From the human T2T-CHM13v2.0 reference genome, Homo sapiens, in NCBI RefSeq assembly GCF_009914755.1, contig NC_060928.1: 64,000 bases of DNA; one strand, given 5' to 3'. Made by a program: the position numbers and the translations under genes. The notes beneath the pieces are model-generated. The model was not told the origin of the DNA and did not search any database. It was given only the letters and a program-made list of their open reading frames with translations. Positions 1-17,109 of the stretch are shown one piece after another (position 1 is the first letter of the stretch; each line of letters opens with the position of its first letter).

Positions 1-229
1 TGTGGAAAATAGCATAAATGAATTACTTTTCTGTAATATAATATTGCAGCCTCTTAAGACCAATTTTAATACCCAAGTATATATGAATCGCTATCCCAGG
101 ATTAAGTGTGTATGTGTAACTACAAATGGAACACTAGAAAAAGATCATAACAAAGAAGTATGAGTGTCTGCTGACAGTTGTTTTATAATTCTTCTAAAAG
201 ATTTAGTCACAGAACTCCAGAGTAGTTCT

Positions 230-560
230 GATCTGTGTGCTTTCAGTATTATATATTTCTAGGAGATTCACAGTATATCTACCTGGAGCATCTGCGGATA
301 CCTCAAATTCAGTGTCTTTAAAGTAAAAATTATCATCTCAAAAATCAGGTTCTCTCATTTTTTATTTCTGTTAAAGCCATTGCTAATCCAGTTGCCCATG
401 TTAAATTCATCTTCCTTTCTCACACAGTCTGTCCCTTTAAGTATCAAGTCCTATAAATTCTCCCTCTTATACCTATCATCTCCTCTCCATTCCTACTGAC
501 ACCCTCCTAATTCGTTTTCTCATTCTATGTAATCAGACTCTTTCAGCAGTCTACAGTCTC
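230..560 (+). mobile_element. Degraded L2 LINE fragment
   Basis: L2-like phrases (atatctacctgga..., cctcaaattcagtgtc, tcctctccattcctactg). Boundaries approximate. Confidence 0.45.
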
Positions 561-599
561 ACGCTAATATAACTCTATTTTTGAACTAACTTCGTAATT

Positions 600-1630
600 T
601 TTGTTTTTTAGTTGCATAGGTAATACCTGAATATGTTGAATATTACAAAACAAACATGTATTTAGAGTCAGTATTTAAAGTTGCTGTCCATAGCCTTTTT
701 CCTTCAAACTATTCTGTCTCTTCCCCAGAGGTCATCATTGTTTTGTATCTATTCAGAACTCATTCTAGGCATTTTCAACATCTATCTAATTTTTAAATAT
801 AAAAGATAATGTAACATAATAAGATATTACCCAAATGGGATTTTACCTTATGTAGGGTTTTGCAATTTTTAAAATTTAACATGTCCTAGAGTTTTTTCCA
901 GGTCCTCACCTGGGACATATTAGGTGTTCATAAATTGAGCTTCTGCTATTATTATATAGGATGAATATGTCTTAATTTGATTTCTTTTTAAGTAAAAACT
1001 TAGTTTTTCCTCCAAATACAAAATAGAGTTGCAGTAAATGTCTTTGTGCACAAATACGTATATTTCCATGAGGCTGATGCCGAAAGCGGAGTTGCTAAAT
1101 TGAAAGATAAGTGTCTATTAAATTCTGATAGGCTCTCATTTTCTCTCTAAAAAGCTGCTAAAGTAGCTTTTCATCATGATATGCCCAAATTCCCACAGTA
1201 GTAATCTCTTAGTCTAAAGTTGTGGATACATTACTTTTCTTTTTTAAATAATCTTTTTTGACATTGTCTCAGACTTTCAAAAATATTGAAAAAAAATCTA
1301 ATGAAGAATTTCTGTTTACTCTTCACCTAAATTCCCCAAATGTAAATACTTTCTCATACTTACTTTATTTTTCTCCCTCTACTGTGTGTGCATGAGATAT
1401 TTTATGTTGAAATATTAAAATTGCAGATATGATGTTTCTTTACCTCTACACACATTAGTGTTTCCTAAAATACAAGAGCATTTTCTTTCATAACCATAGT
1501 AGAACAAGATATCAATATCAGGAAGTTAACATTGATAAAATGCTAGAATCTAGAGAATTAATTCAAATTTCCCAATTGTTCCACTATTTTTGGCTGTTGT
1601 TCAGGGTTCATTCCAGGATCATGTTTAATT
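600..1630 (-). mobile_element. Ancient L1M (L1ME/L1MC-type) 3' fragments
   Basis: Degraded L1M 3'UTR-like motifs (ttccccagaggtcatcattgtt; cattttctttcataaccatagta; aagttaacattgataaaatgcta). Approximate. Confidence 0.45.
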
Positions 1631-2004
1631 TTCTGATGTTAATTTCTGTAAAATAGAGCTGTGATCGTGGCATTCTGCTCAAACATCTTTAGTGTCTTCT
1701 TTTGTCACATGAACTAAAAAATCCTCTCTCGTATGAAATTATCCCTATTAAATGTTTAGCTTATTTTTGCAGATATTTCTCACACTACTACTATTCTCAT
1801 ATCCTAAACTCTTCTCAAACTGATTTTGACTGTTTTATATCACATTTAGTAGTGATTGGAGTACTAAGTTCAGCCAGTTCCTTTTCTTTGAAGTAAGTGG
1901 TTAATTTTACGTTTCACAATTTCTTTCAAGTGGACCAGGCTTGGATGTTAAGTGTCTTCAAATAATTATTTAACTAATGTGTATTTATTCAACATTAGGT
2001 AATT

Positions 2005-2324
2005 TTACTTTTTTTATTGATACATAATAGATGTACATATTTTGAGGGCACATGTGATACCTTTGCATAAAATCAGTTCAGGGTAATTAGGATATTCATC
2101 ACCTTAAATATTTATCTTTTCTTTATGCTAAGAACATTAGAATTGTTCTCTTTCAACTATTTTGAAATGTAAAATAGATTAATGTTACCTCTAGACACCT
2201 TACTGATCTATTAAATACCAGGCCTTATTTCTTCTAACTGTATGTTTGTTCCCATTAATTAACCTCCCTGCATCCACTCCTCTCTGCTAACCTTCCTGGC
2301 TTTTGGTAACCAGCAATCTACTCT
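2005..2324 (-). mobile_element. L1MA-type 3' end, split by the younger L1PA insertion (continues at 8417-~8480)
   Basis: ttttattgatacataatagatgtacatattttg... is an L1MA 3' terminus. The sequence resumes after the L1PA (ctatcttcatgacatccactattttagctcc...). Confidence 0.7.
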
Positions 2325-2606
2325 TTTTTTTTTTTTTGAATCAAAATCAAAACTTTTTATTTTATTATTTTTATTTTTTATTTTTTTTATTTTTTTTAAT
2401 TAATAGACTTTAAGTTTTAGGGTACATGTGCACAATGTGCAGGTTAGTTACATATGTATACATGTGCCATGTTGGTGCGCTGCACCCACTAACTCGTCAT
2501 CTAGCATTAGGTATATCTCCCAGTGCTATCCCTCCCCCCTCCCCCCACCCCACAACAGGCCCCAGAGTGTGATGTTCCCCTTCCTGTGTCCATGTGTTCT
2601 CATTGT

Positions 2607-6427
<3,821 letters not shown>

Positions 6428-6490
6428 TATGATGTTAGCTGGTTATTTTGCTCGTTAGTTGATGCAGTTTCTTCCTAGTCTCAGTGGTCT

Positions 6491-7507
6491 TTACATTTTG
6501 GCATGATTTTGCAGTGGCTGGTACCGGTTCTTCCTTTCCATGTCTATCACTTCCTTCAGGATCTCTTTTAGGGCAGGCCTGGTGGTGACAAAATCTCTCA
6601 GCATTTGCTTGTCTGTAAAGTATTTTATTTCTCCTTCACTTATGAAGCTTAGTTTGGCTGGATATGAAATTCTGGGTTGAAAATTCTTTTCTTTAAGAAT
6701 GTTGAATATTGGCCCCCACTCTCTTCTGGCTTGTAGAGTTTCTGCCGAGAGATCCACTGTTAGTCTAATGGGCTTCCCTTTGAGGGTAACCCGACCTTTC
6801 TCTCTGGCTGCCCTTAACATTTTTTCCTTCATTTCAACTTTGGTGAATCTGACAATTATGTGTCTTGGAGTTGCTCTTCTTGAGGAGTATTTTTGTGGCG
6901 TTTTCTGTATTTCCTGAATCTGAATGTTGGCCAGCCTTGCTAGATTGGGGAAGTTCTCCTGGATAATATCCTGCAGAGTGTTTTCCAACTTGGTTCCATT
7001 CTCCCCGTCACTTTCAGGTACACCAATCAGACGTAGATTTGGTCTTTTCACATAGTCCCATATTTCTTGGAGGCTTTGCTCGTTTCTTTTTATTCTTTTT
7101 TATCTAAACTTCTCTTCTCGCTTCATTACATTCATTTCATCTTCCATCGCTGCTACCCTTTCTTCCAGTTGATCGCATCGGCTCCTGAGGCTTCTGCATT
7201 CTTCACGTAGTTCTCGAGCCTTGGTTTTCAGCTCCATCAGCTCCTTTAAGCACTTCTCTGTATTGGTTATTCTAGTTATACATTCTTCTAAATTTTTTTC
7301 AAAGTTTTCAACTTCTTTGCCTTTGGTTTGAATGTCCTCCCATAGCTCAGAGTAATTTGATCGTCTGAAGCCTTCTTCTCTCAGCTCGTCAAAGTCATTC
7401 TCCATCCAGCTTTGTTCCGTTGCTGGTGAGGAACTGCATTCCTTTGGAGGAGGAGAGGCACTCTGCTTTTTAGAGTTTCCAGTTTTTCTGCTCTGTTTTT
7501 TCCCCAT
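6491..7507 (-). pseudogene. L1 ORF1p, disrupted by one nonsense codon
   Basis: MGKKQSRKTGNSK... start. In-frame TAA at 7100-7102 replaces GAA (KFR-E-KR); the same frame continues to ...QNHAKM. Confidence 0.93.
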
Positions 7508-7963
7508 CTTTGTGGTTTTATCTACTTTTGGTCATTGATGATGGTGATATACAGATGGGTTTTTGGTGTGGATGTCCTTTCTGTTTGTTAGTTTTCCTTC
7601 TAACAGACAGGACCCTCAGCTGCAGGTCTGTTGGAGTACCCGGCCATGTGAGGCGTCAGTCTGCCCCTGCTGGGGGGGTGCCTCCCAGTTAGGCTGCTCG
7701 GGGGTCCGGGGTCAGGAACCCACTTGAGGAGGCAGCCTGCCCGTTCTGAGATCTCCAGCTGCGTGCTGGGAGAACCACTGCTCTCTTCAAAGCTGTCAGA
7801 CAGGGACAGTTAAGTCTGCAGAGGTTACTGCTGTCTTTTTGTTTGTCTGTGCCCTGCCCACAGAGGTGGAGCCTACAGAGGCAGGCAGGCCTCCTTGAGC
7901 TGTGGTGGGCTCCACCCAGTTCGAGCTTCCCAGCTGCTTTGTTTACCTAAGCAAGCCCGGGCA

Positions 7964-8272
7964 ATGGCGGGCGCCCCTCCCCCAGCCTCGCTGCCGCCTT
8001 GCAGTTTGATCTCAGACTGCTGTGCTAGCAATCAGCGAGACTCCGTGGGCATAGGACCCTCCGAGCCAGGTGCGGGATACAATCTCCAGGTGCGCCGTTT
8101 TTTAAGCCTGTTGGAAAAGTGCAGTATTCCGGTTGGAGTGACCCGATTTTCCAGGTGCTGTCTGTCACCCCTTTCTTTGACTGGGAAAGGGAACTCCCTG
8201 ACCCCTTGTGCTTCCCAAGTGAGGCAATGCCTCGCCCTGCTTCTGCTCGCGCATGGTGCGCACACCCACTGA
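7964..8272 (+). CDS. L1 ORF0 (antisense ORF in the L1 5'UTR), C-terminally extended to ~102 aa
   Basis: gcaATGg Kozak at 7964; MAGAPPPASLPPCSLISDCCASNQRDSVG... matches known ORF0; donor-like sites cag|GTGCGG (after 8069) and cag|GTGCTG (~8154). Expression not shown. Confidence 0.6.
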   Translation: MAGAPPPASLPPCSLISDCCASNQRDSVGIGPSEPGAGYNLQVRRFLSLLEKCSIPVGVTRFSRCCLSPLSLTGKGNSLTPCASQVRQCLALLLLAHGAHTH

Positions 8273-10629
8273 CCTGCGCCCACTCTCTGGCACTCCCTAG
8301 TGAGATGAACCCAGTACCTCAGATGGAAATGCAGAAATCACCCGTCTTCTGCGTTGCTCACTCTGGGAGCTGTAGACCGGAGCTGTTCCTATTCAGCCAT
8401 CTTGGCTCCTCCCCAAAATCTACTCTCTATCTTCATGACATCCACTATTTTAGCTCCAACATACAAGTGAAAATATGTGACTTTTTAAAATCTTATGGTT
8501 TCATCTCTAGTGAAAAATGAAGTGAAAATATTTTCCATTACATCTGCAGTGCTCAAATTAAGCTTCTTTAAAATCAACTCAGTTACTATTTATACTACTG
8601 AAAATTTCCATTTATATAAATAGGTATAAAATTTTAAAATCTCAAGCCTAAAATGAGAAATAGCTTGAAGTACTTTATAGCCTTTACTCAATGCTTACTC
8701 GGTAGAATATTATTACCTTGCTTTACAATAGCAGATTTATTCAAATTATTTTTTAAATAATTGCATATGTTTGTGCAATGTATTAATAATTTAGCATTCA
8801 CTCCCATTTTTTGGTAAAGCTAATCTTAGCGATTTAAGAGATTAGGGTCGAGTTCTTTCAAAGCATCAGCCACATCACTGGAGTAATACTTGGAGACTTT
8901 CCTGTGATTAATATTAATGGAAAATATGGATGCCATAACCAAAATGGGTTATACTATCTGTATGTACCATATATGCATAAACTTGATATTTTATACGTTG
9001 ATAACATTTGCATTCTTTCTATGTATGTATACAGATATATATTATATATGCATTTACATCATTTTAATTTGTCCTTAATTAACGAGAACAATGAGAAAGT
9101 TTATGAATTCTGTTCCCCTTGGATTTTCTGTATTCCAAACATATCATTCCAAATGTCTCAACTCTCACATATTATACCCAAAGCAGTTCTTTTTAAATCA
9201 TCTAAGTGAATACTGAACAAGAAAACTGTAAACTAGTTAATATTTATTGGCTACTTCATATATTAAAGGTGTGTGTTAGCTAAAAACTGAAAAGATGAAT
9301 AAAACCTGGCTTCTGCTTTTAAATGATATAGAGTGAATCATGTGAGAAGGAAGATACACTAAATATACAAATCGCTATAATGCAAATCAGAATATAATAT
9401 ATATTATTTTAAAAACATAAGAAGAAACAAAGTCATTTGTCTAAAAGAACAAAACCTGTTTTAAAAAAGAATAAAAATACTGTAATATGGCTAAAGGCAA
9501 TTTTACAATCCATCATAGGATTCTGAAGCTAGAAATTTACTAAAAGTAAATAAAAATACGAATTGTAAAATGCAGAAACATTGCAAATGAAAAACCTTAA
9601 AGTGTTATTTGATTTTTATTTCCTAGTTAACATTGTTGAGAAAATAATGAGCAGCAAAGCAAGTTTTCCTTAGCTGTTGAGGTAATGCACTTTAGCTAAT
9701 GTTTGTTTCTTAACTAAAACCCACATCTGATCTTAATCCTATAACTTGAAACAATTTTCAGTAAATCCCAATTTGCAGCCTGAAGCAATTGCAGTTCAAT
9801 TAATATCATTGACAGTGATGTGGCCAAAAGGAGGGTAGAACCCCCATGGTTTAGCAAGAATTGCAATCAAACTACAGGTCCTTTAGCAATTACCTCAGTG
9901 AATAGAGATTTTATTAGTCAATTAGCATTGCCTCACCCTATCCCATTGATGACACATAACAGAAACCCCTTTTTGTGAAATGGTAAACAAGATAAAGAAG
10001 CAAAAGATTTTAGCCCTTGCAAAGCTCAACTCAGTTTATTGGATGTTCCCATGGGATGTTGTTTTAGGTGTCAGAGTTGAAAATGTGGCAGAAGGAAAAT
10101 GGCATTTAACAATAGTAAATACTTATCTGCTTCTATTTGAAGACTACAACCTCACATCTTACAGCTCCTTAGAACATGAATTTCTACACGTTCTAAGGCA
10201 TACAATGGCAGCATCATATCTGCTTGCTTTAGTAAGAATCTCCAGCATTTTTCATAAGTCTAAGTTAGAATCTGCAGGCTCGTCAGCTACAAAGATGCTC
10301 TTTAATTTATTAACTGAGAGAATATTATATGGAACTCATTAAGAGGGAATACCTAATAAATTCTGCCTTGGACTATTATAAAAACCTCTTTCTAAACACA
10401 GCTGCAGTTTTCTGGTTCATTCATTTGCAGGCTCAAAAGCTCTTTCTTTCAAAAATAACTAGGCTCCACTCTGTCCACTGGCATCTTAGAAGCTTTCAAA
10501 TTTTTAGATGAATTAATTTAAATATCCAAATATTTATGTGAAATTTTCTAAGAAATATTTGTGAAACATGCACCACTGCAAAATAAACTACTGATCTAAG
10601 CTAAGCCCAAAGCCAATATGACACATAAA

Positions 10630-11090
10630 CATGTAAGGAGGCAGGAGAAGGCAGTAGAAAGACCTTTGGATTGGAAGTGATAGTACCCGAGCTACAGTTT
10701 GAGGTTTGCCATTTAAACCTCCTTGCAAACTTTGTCAAAGAATATTTATTATCTTCCGTTACCCTATTTTTAAAAAGGGAGTAATATAAACAATTATTGA
10801 TAATAATACATTATTAACATAATATAAAAATAATTGATTACAATGTGTGAGTCTTTTATAGTGATTCAAGCAAGGACTTGGAAACAGCCTAGGCTAGAGT
10901 CTCACTAGTTTTATAAACCTTGGCAAATTATTTAAGATCTGTGAGCCTCAGTTTCCTCACTTATGAAATATATGTAATGATGACTACCTCATCACATGAT
11001 TGTGAGAATTTAATATAGTAAATTTTCATATGTAAAGTTTACAACAGAGTTCCTAGTACATAAGTGTACAAAAATTATAGTTATTATCTA
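10630..11090 (+). mobile_element. MIR fragments
   Basis: MIR core motifs (accttggcaaattatttaagatctgtgagcctcagtttcctcac; agttcctagtacataagtg). Confidence 0.6.
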
Positions 11091-12338
11091 GTTTTACCTC
11101 TTACTGCTACTATAATTTCTAGCATCAAATCTGCTACTGACATTTCTTTTTTTTTCTAAATTTCTTTATCAAAATAATGAGTGTTAGGCTATAAAACCCA
11201 CTGACATTTTGACAACAGATGCATATTACCTCTACTCATAAGGTATTTTAGCATGCATAATCATTGATATCAATTTAGGATACAAAATAACTTAAGGATG
11301 GGTACAGTAGAAGGAACTAGAAAATACATACTAAGATATTCTTGGTTGTATAAAGGAGTCATTAAAATATTTACTTAGAGTCTACAATTAAATGTTAGTA
11401 ATGCAATGTGGGCAATGTAATATAATAATTCTAGAAATTCAGAATCCACATATTCAAGGGTCATATTTTACATGTTAGAAAAATAAAAATAAGTGAGAAT
11501 ACTTCTGAACTTTTGAAAGAAAGAATAAAAAGAAGAAAAACTTCCTAGATATGTTAAACATGCAGTAAAAATGGAGCTTAATCTCATTAATTCATGCATG
11601 TATGATACTAATAAAAAATAATGCCCATAACAAGTAGCCTAAAAACTCCATGATTCTGCCTTTTTTCTAAAACATAGTGGAAATATTTTGTTATATTAAA
11701 CAGAATTGAGGTGTTAATATACTTTACTGTATTCTAATTCTTTGAAGTTTCATAATCTAACTACTAAACTTAATGGTATTCCCAATTAATCAAACTATCC
11801 AATTAACAACATTTAGTATAAATGATAATGTGTTACATTCTGAACTCATACTTAAAATGAATGAGGTTAAATTCTAACTGATAGAATCATGTTTAATTCT
11901 CCTTAAGGCAATATATTTTATATTATAGCCACAATATTTACCTATTTATTGAAGAAACAGTTGTTAAACACTTTACAAGTATAATGCTGAATAGACACTA
12001 AAGTAAAATTAAACTACTAAATTAGGAAGTTTCAACTACATATACATTTTAATAGAGGAGACATGGGAAGAGGGTATCATAACTTCTAGAATAGAAAAAG
12101 AATAAGTAGTTTGAAAATATTGCAAAACTTTGTCCCATTACTAGAATATTTAGGGTCTTTACAAGGCCTCCTGAAGCCACCGATTTTTTTTTAATCAAAG
12201 GGAAATTTCATTTTTTAACCAAAGGGAAAGGGAAGGTTTGAGATGTCCTGTATAAAACAATTAATCAAAACTGAGACAAGCCCCAAAAGATATGGAAGAA
12301 TTGTTAATGAAGGATTTCATTAAAAACATATTTGCTAC

Positions 12339-12535
12339 ACACTTTGGGAGGCTGGAGGATGGCTTGAGCCTAGGAGTTTGAGACCATCCTGGGCAACATA
12401 GGGAGACCCCCATCTCTACGAAAAATTTCAAAAATTAGCTGTGTGTGGTGGTGCACACCTGTGGTCCCAGTTACTCAGGAGGCTGAGGCAAGAGGATCGT
12501 TTGAGGCTGGGAGGTGGAGAAAGACCCTGTCACAG
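12339..12535 (+). mobile_element. Partial old Alu (AluJ-like, deleted)
   Basis: cactttgggaggc...cttgagcctaggagtttgagaccatcctgggcaacatagggagacccc; truncated right arm. Confidence 0.75.

Positions 12536-12538
<3 letters not shown>

Positions 12539-12577
<39 letters not shown>
12539..12577. repeat. (CA)~19 microsatellite
   Basis: Perfect CA run at the Alu tail. Confidence 0.95.
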
Positions 12578-12580
<3 letters not shown>

Positions 12581-13322
12581 AGGTGTAATTTAATTACTTT
12601 AGGTAAACAGTATCAAAAATTAACCAAGACAGATCATTTTACCTGTTCTATAGAAAATGTCATTGAAATTTGACCTAAAGTATGTTAACCTCTTAAATTT
12701 TAGGGATAAGTCAGTTAGTATGTTTTTAACATATATTTAGAATACATTTATTTGCCTGCTTTGGTGTGTATTGTACCTACAAAATAACAAGTTAGATTAG
12801 AGTGGTGTAGGTGAACATATATGTTCATGTGTGTATATATTTGTATATTATATATATGTGTATATACACATAGTACAACATCATTGATTGGTATTCTATT
12901 TGCAACTAAGGCATACTGTATTTTGCCCTTTTTGAAGTCTTGCAGGGTATCTATTGAATGTATATATGGAACAGTTTCACATTAAGGTTACATTAGGAGC
13001 TCTTTCAGAGAATGCCTGGTTAAAGATCAAATAAAATAAGAGTGTGCTAATTGATATGAACCAGATGGCCCATGGAGAAAAAAAACTTAGTCTCAACAGA
13101 TTGTTCCATTTATTTATCTGTGTGTTTATGCATTTAAAAACACTCTCATTCTTGTATGTATCCCAGGCTCATTCTTCCCCACCTCATAAAATGACCTACA
13201 CCCTCCCCCACATCCCCCTTCATTTCATACATCAAGAAAAATTCCTGTTTGCTATGTGCCAAATGGTTCTGGAAGGAAGCATACCCTGTTGTCTCCCTAC
13301 TCACCTAGTCTAGTTCTTTTAG

Positions 13323-13909
<587 letters not shown>

Positions 13910-15579
13910 TTATGTATTTCATTCCTTCCTTTGCCTGGCCTGTACTTAATCAGAACTCTCCAGAGAACTGTTCAAGTTAGATATCAAACTGTGAAATAGA
14001 TATTAAACTGTGTCTAATTCAAGCAGTCCCTGTTTATTTTCTCTCACCATATGTGGGATATGGGTCTTAAATTCACATTTTTCCTGCTACCTAATAATGT
14101 TCCCAGGTTATTTCTCTACTAATGCAAGCTCCTTTCTTTTGATGATTGATCTACCTTTTTATTATACTTTTAAACATTCTGTGTAAGTGCCTCTGTGTAT
14201 GAAAGAGAAAAAAAGAGAGCTAGGAAGAGGTGATAGTGGAATAAGAAAAATTGTAAAGATAAGAATTACCCATATTTCAACACTGAGAATCAAATCACTT
14301 TAACTTTTTGTTATATTTAATTTAAACTTTGTTTATTTTTCTCAATAAGTAATTGAAAATATATACATTGTCTTAGGTATATCTGAAGTTGTGATCACCT
14401 GCCATCATTTATCTTGGTCCTCTGCAATCACACCTAGAGTCATCCATGATTATTAGTTTGCTTGTATTTTTAAAAAATTAAAATATTTGAAAGAAAATAT
14501 ATATACAAATATTAGCATTTTTAAATTTACATAAATGTATTACTCACAAAGTGTTCTTACAACTAGTCATATAAATACATACTCTATTCGCTCATATACA
14601 TGTATCATTTTATTTAAGAATCTTTACCTTGTTCAAACATTTTTCATTATTTTAAACAAAGCTTCAATAAACAGCTTTGTGTCTATCTCCCAGTATTTAT
14701 GTCTGTGATTTTGTGTAGTAACTACAAGTAGAATCCCTCTATTAAAGGACACACACATCAGCAATTTTGAAAAAAAATTAAGAAAAAAGTACCTGAAAGG
14801 GACTTCTAGATTGCTGTGTAGAGGTATTTTCTACTTGCCTCCTCCACTAAGAAGAACCAAAATAGTGAGTAGATAATCACACTTCAAATAGATCATCCAA
14901 GAAAGAACACTGGAATTCAACAGAGAGATGTCAGGAAATCCCAAAGCAAGGAAGAAGAGGGAAGCCAGGCAGCCTCATAGGCCAGGACTGACTGGCAGCC
15001 AGGAGAGGCTCCCCAGTGCAGGGAAAGGGTGAGTGAGAGACTCCAAGAGGTCTACATTCTCGACTTGCATTGGACTTCTACAGTCCTAGCCACAGGAGAG
15101 CTCCTTGACCTTGGACAATCATGGGGCATTGAGTCTAACACAGAGAGCTTCCCAGAAACTGCCTGAAGGCATTGCTCCAGAGGCAGAGCTCACATTGGAT
15201 CTCACAAACCCCAAATCCTAAACAGCAGTAGCATGGCACTATTTTAAAAGCCCAGACCACAGTGGACTGCATCCAGCTCTGCAACCAAGGCTGAGGAGGG
15301 GGCCACAGGCAGCAAACCCAGTCCTCCATGAAGAGAGATGACCTTGTATTTTCATGCATCCTGAGGACCAATTTCACTGCCTGCAACTGCCAGGGCTGCA
15401 GACTGCTGTGGGCTAAGGTGCAAGTGAAGCCCATGTCCCACCCTCCCCCACTGCCTACCTAAGGTTGATCCTAAAGAAAGCAAAGCCACCCTTCCCAGTA
15501 ACATTGTCACATTGCAGCTGCTGCCACCTCCACCTAAGCCTTCCACCAGCAGCTTGGCCCCTGCATACCACAGCCAGTG

Positions 15580-15790
15580 GTATTTGCATATATTTGGCTA
15601 TTTCTATGCCGTCTTTTGAGAAATATCTATTCAGGTCCTGTGCCCATATTTTAAATTGGGTTGTTTTCTTGTTATTAAGTTTCTTATATATTTTGGATAT
15701 TAACCACTTATCAGATACAGTGTTTGTAAATATTTTTTCCCATTCTGTAGTTTGTCTCTTCACTCTGTTGGTGGTTTCCTTTGATGTGGC
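15580..15790 (-). mobile_element. Short inverted L1 ORF2 C-terminal fragment inside the L1M 5'UTR
   Basis: Translates ...KETTNRVKRQTTEWEKIFTNTVSDKWLISKIYK... in ORF 15455..15895. Confidence 0.8.
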
Positions 15791-16702
15791 CACTGCTACC
15801 ATTCCCAGTACCTGCACAAGCCACCAGAAGGTCCAAGAATTAGCCTGCTTGGACATGCTAACACTGGTGCTAGCATACACCACCCTGGGACACAAGAACA
15901 GACTCCTTCAGCCCACTACTGCCATCACTGGGGACTGAAGACAGGCCCACCCAGCCTCTCAGTCCCCAAAAAACTTCACCAGTCTCCACTAACAACTGCA
16001 CCCTAAGCCACCCCCCAAAAAAAAAAATCACAGACACAACTGATGCTGTTTATAGTCAAAGAAATCATACAGAGATGATACTATCCAAAGTGCCCTGCTC
16101 AACCAACACCATAGGAACATCTTCAGGAAAAAGTTCCTCCTTACACAAGCAAATTCAAAAAATTGGAAGAAGCAACGTTTATACTAAATGTGTCAATATC
16201 AATGTAAGGATACAAGAAACACGAAAAAGGAAGGCATATGACACCCGCAAAGAAACACAACAATTTCTTGGCAACAGATCCCAATCCAAAAGAAATTCAT
16301 GAAATCCCCCCCAAAAAAATTCAAAATTTTGATACTAAAGAAGCTCAGTGAGATATAAGAGAATTTTGAAAACAAAAACAAAAACCAATGAGGAAAACAA
16401 TTCAGGAAATTCTGGAACTAAAGAATTTATGGAATGAAATATAAAATATATTTGAATGTTTCAGTAATAGACTAGATCAAGGAGAAGAAAGAAAATCAGA
16501 TCTTGAAGACAGATCTTTTAAAGTAACCCAGACAGATAAAAATAAAGAAAAAATAATAAAAAGAGAATAAGCAAAGCCTCTGTGACATAGAGGACACCAA
16601 AATGCAACCAAATGTTCAAATTACTGATGTCCCAGAAGGTGAAGAGAGAACAAAAGGTTTAGAAAATGTATTTAGTGAAATAATAGATGAAGCCCCTCCC
16701 CA

Positions 16703-16994
<292 letters not shown>

Positions 16995-17109
16995 GAAACC
17001 TTTTCAAGTCAAGCAAGAGAAATAGATACTCAGATAAAGGAGACTAGGAGACCCTGAAGAAAATACAACACAAAAAGGACTTTGCCATGACACATTATAA
17101 CGAGACTGC

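Noticed and set aside
13978-14012. Short tandem duplication tagatat(c/t)aaactgtg (similar case at ~12185-12230)
   Set aside because: Ordinary slippage-type micro-duplications with no further structure.
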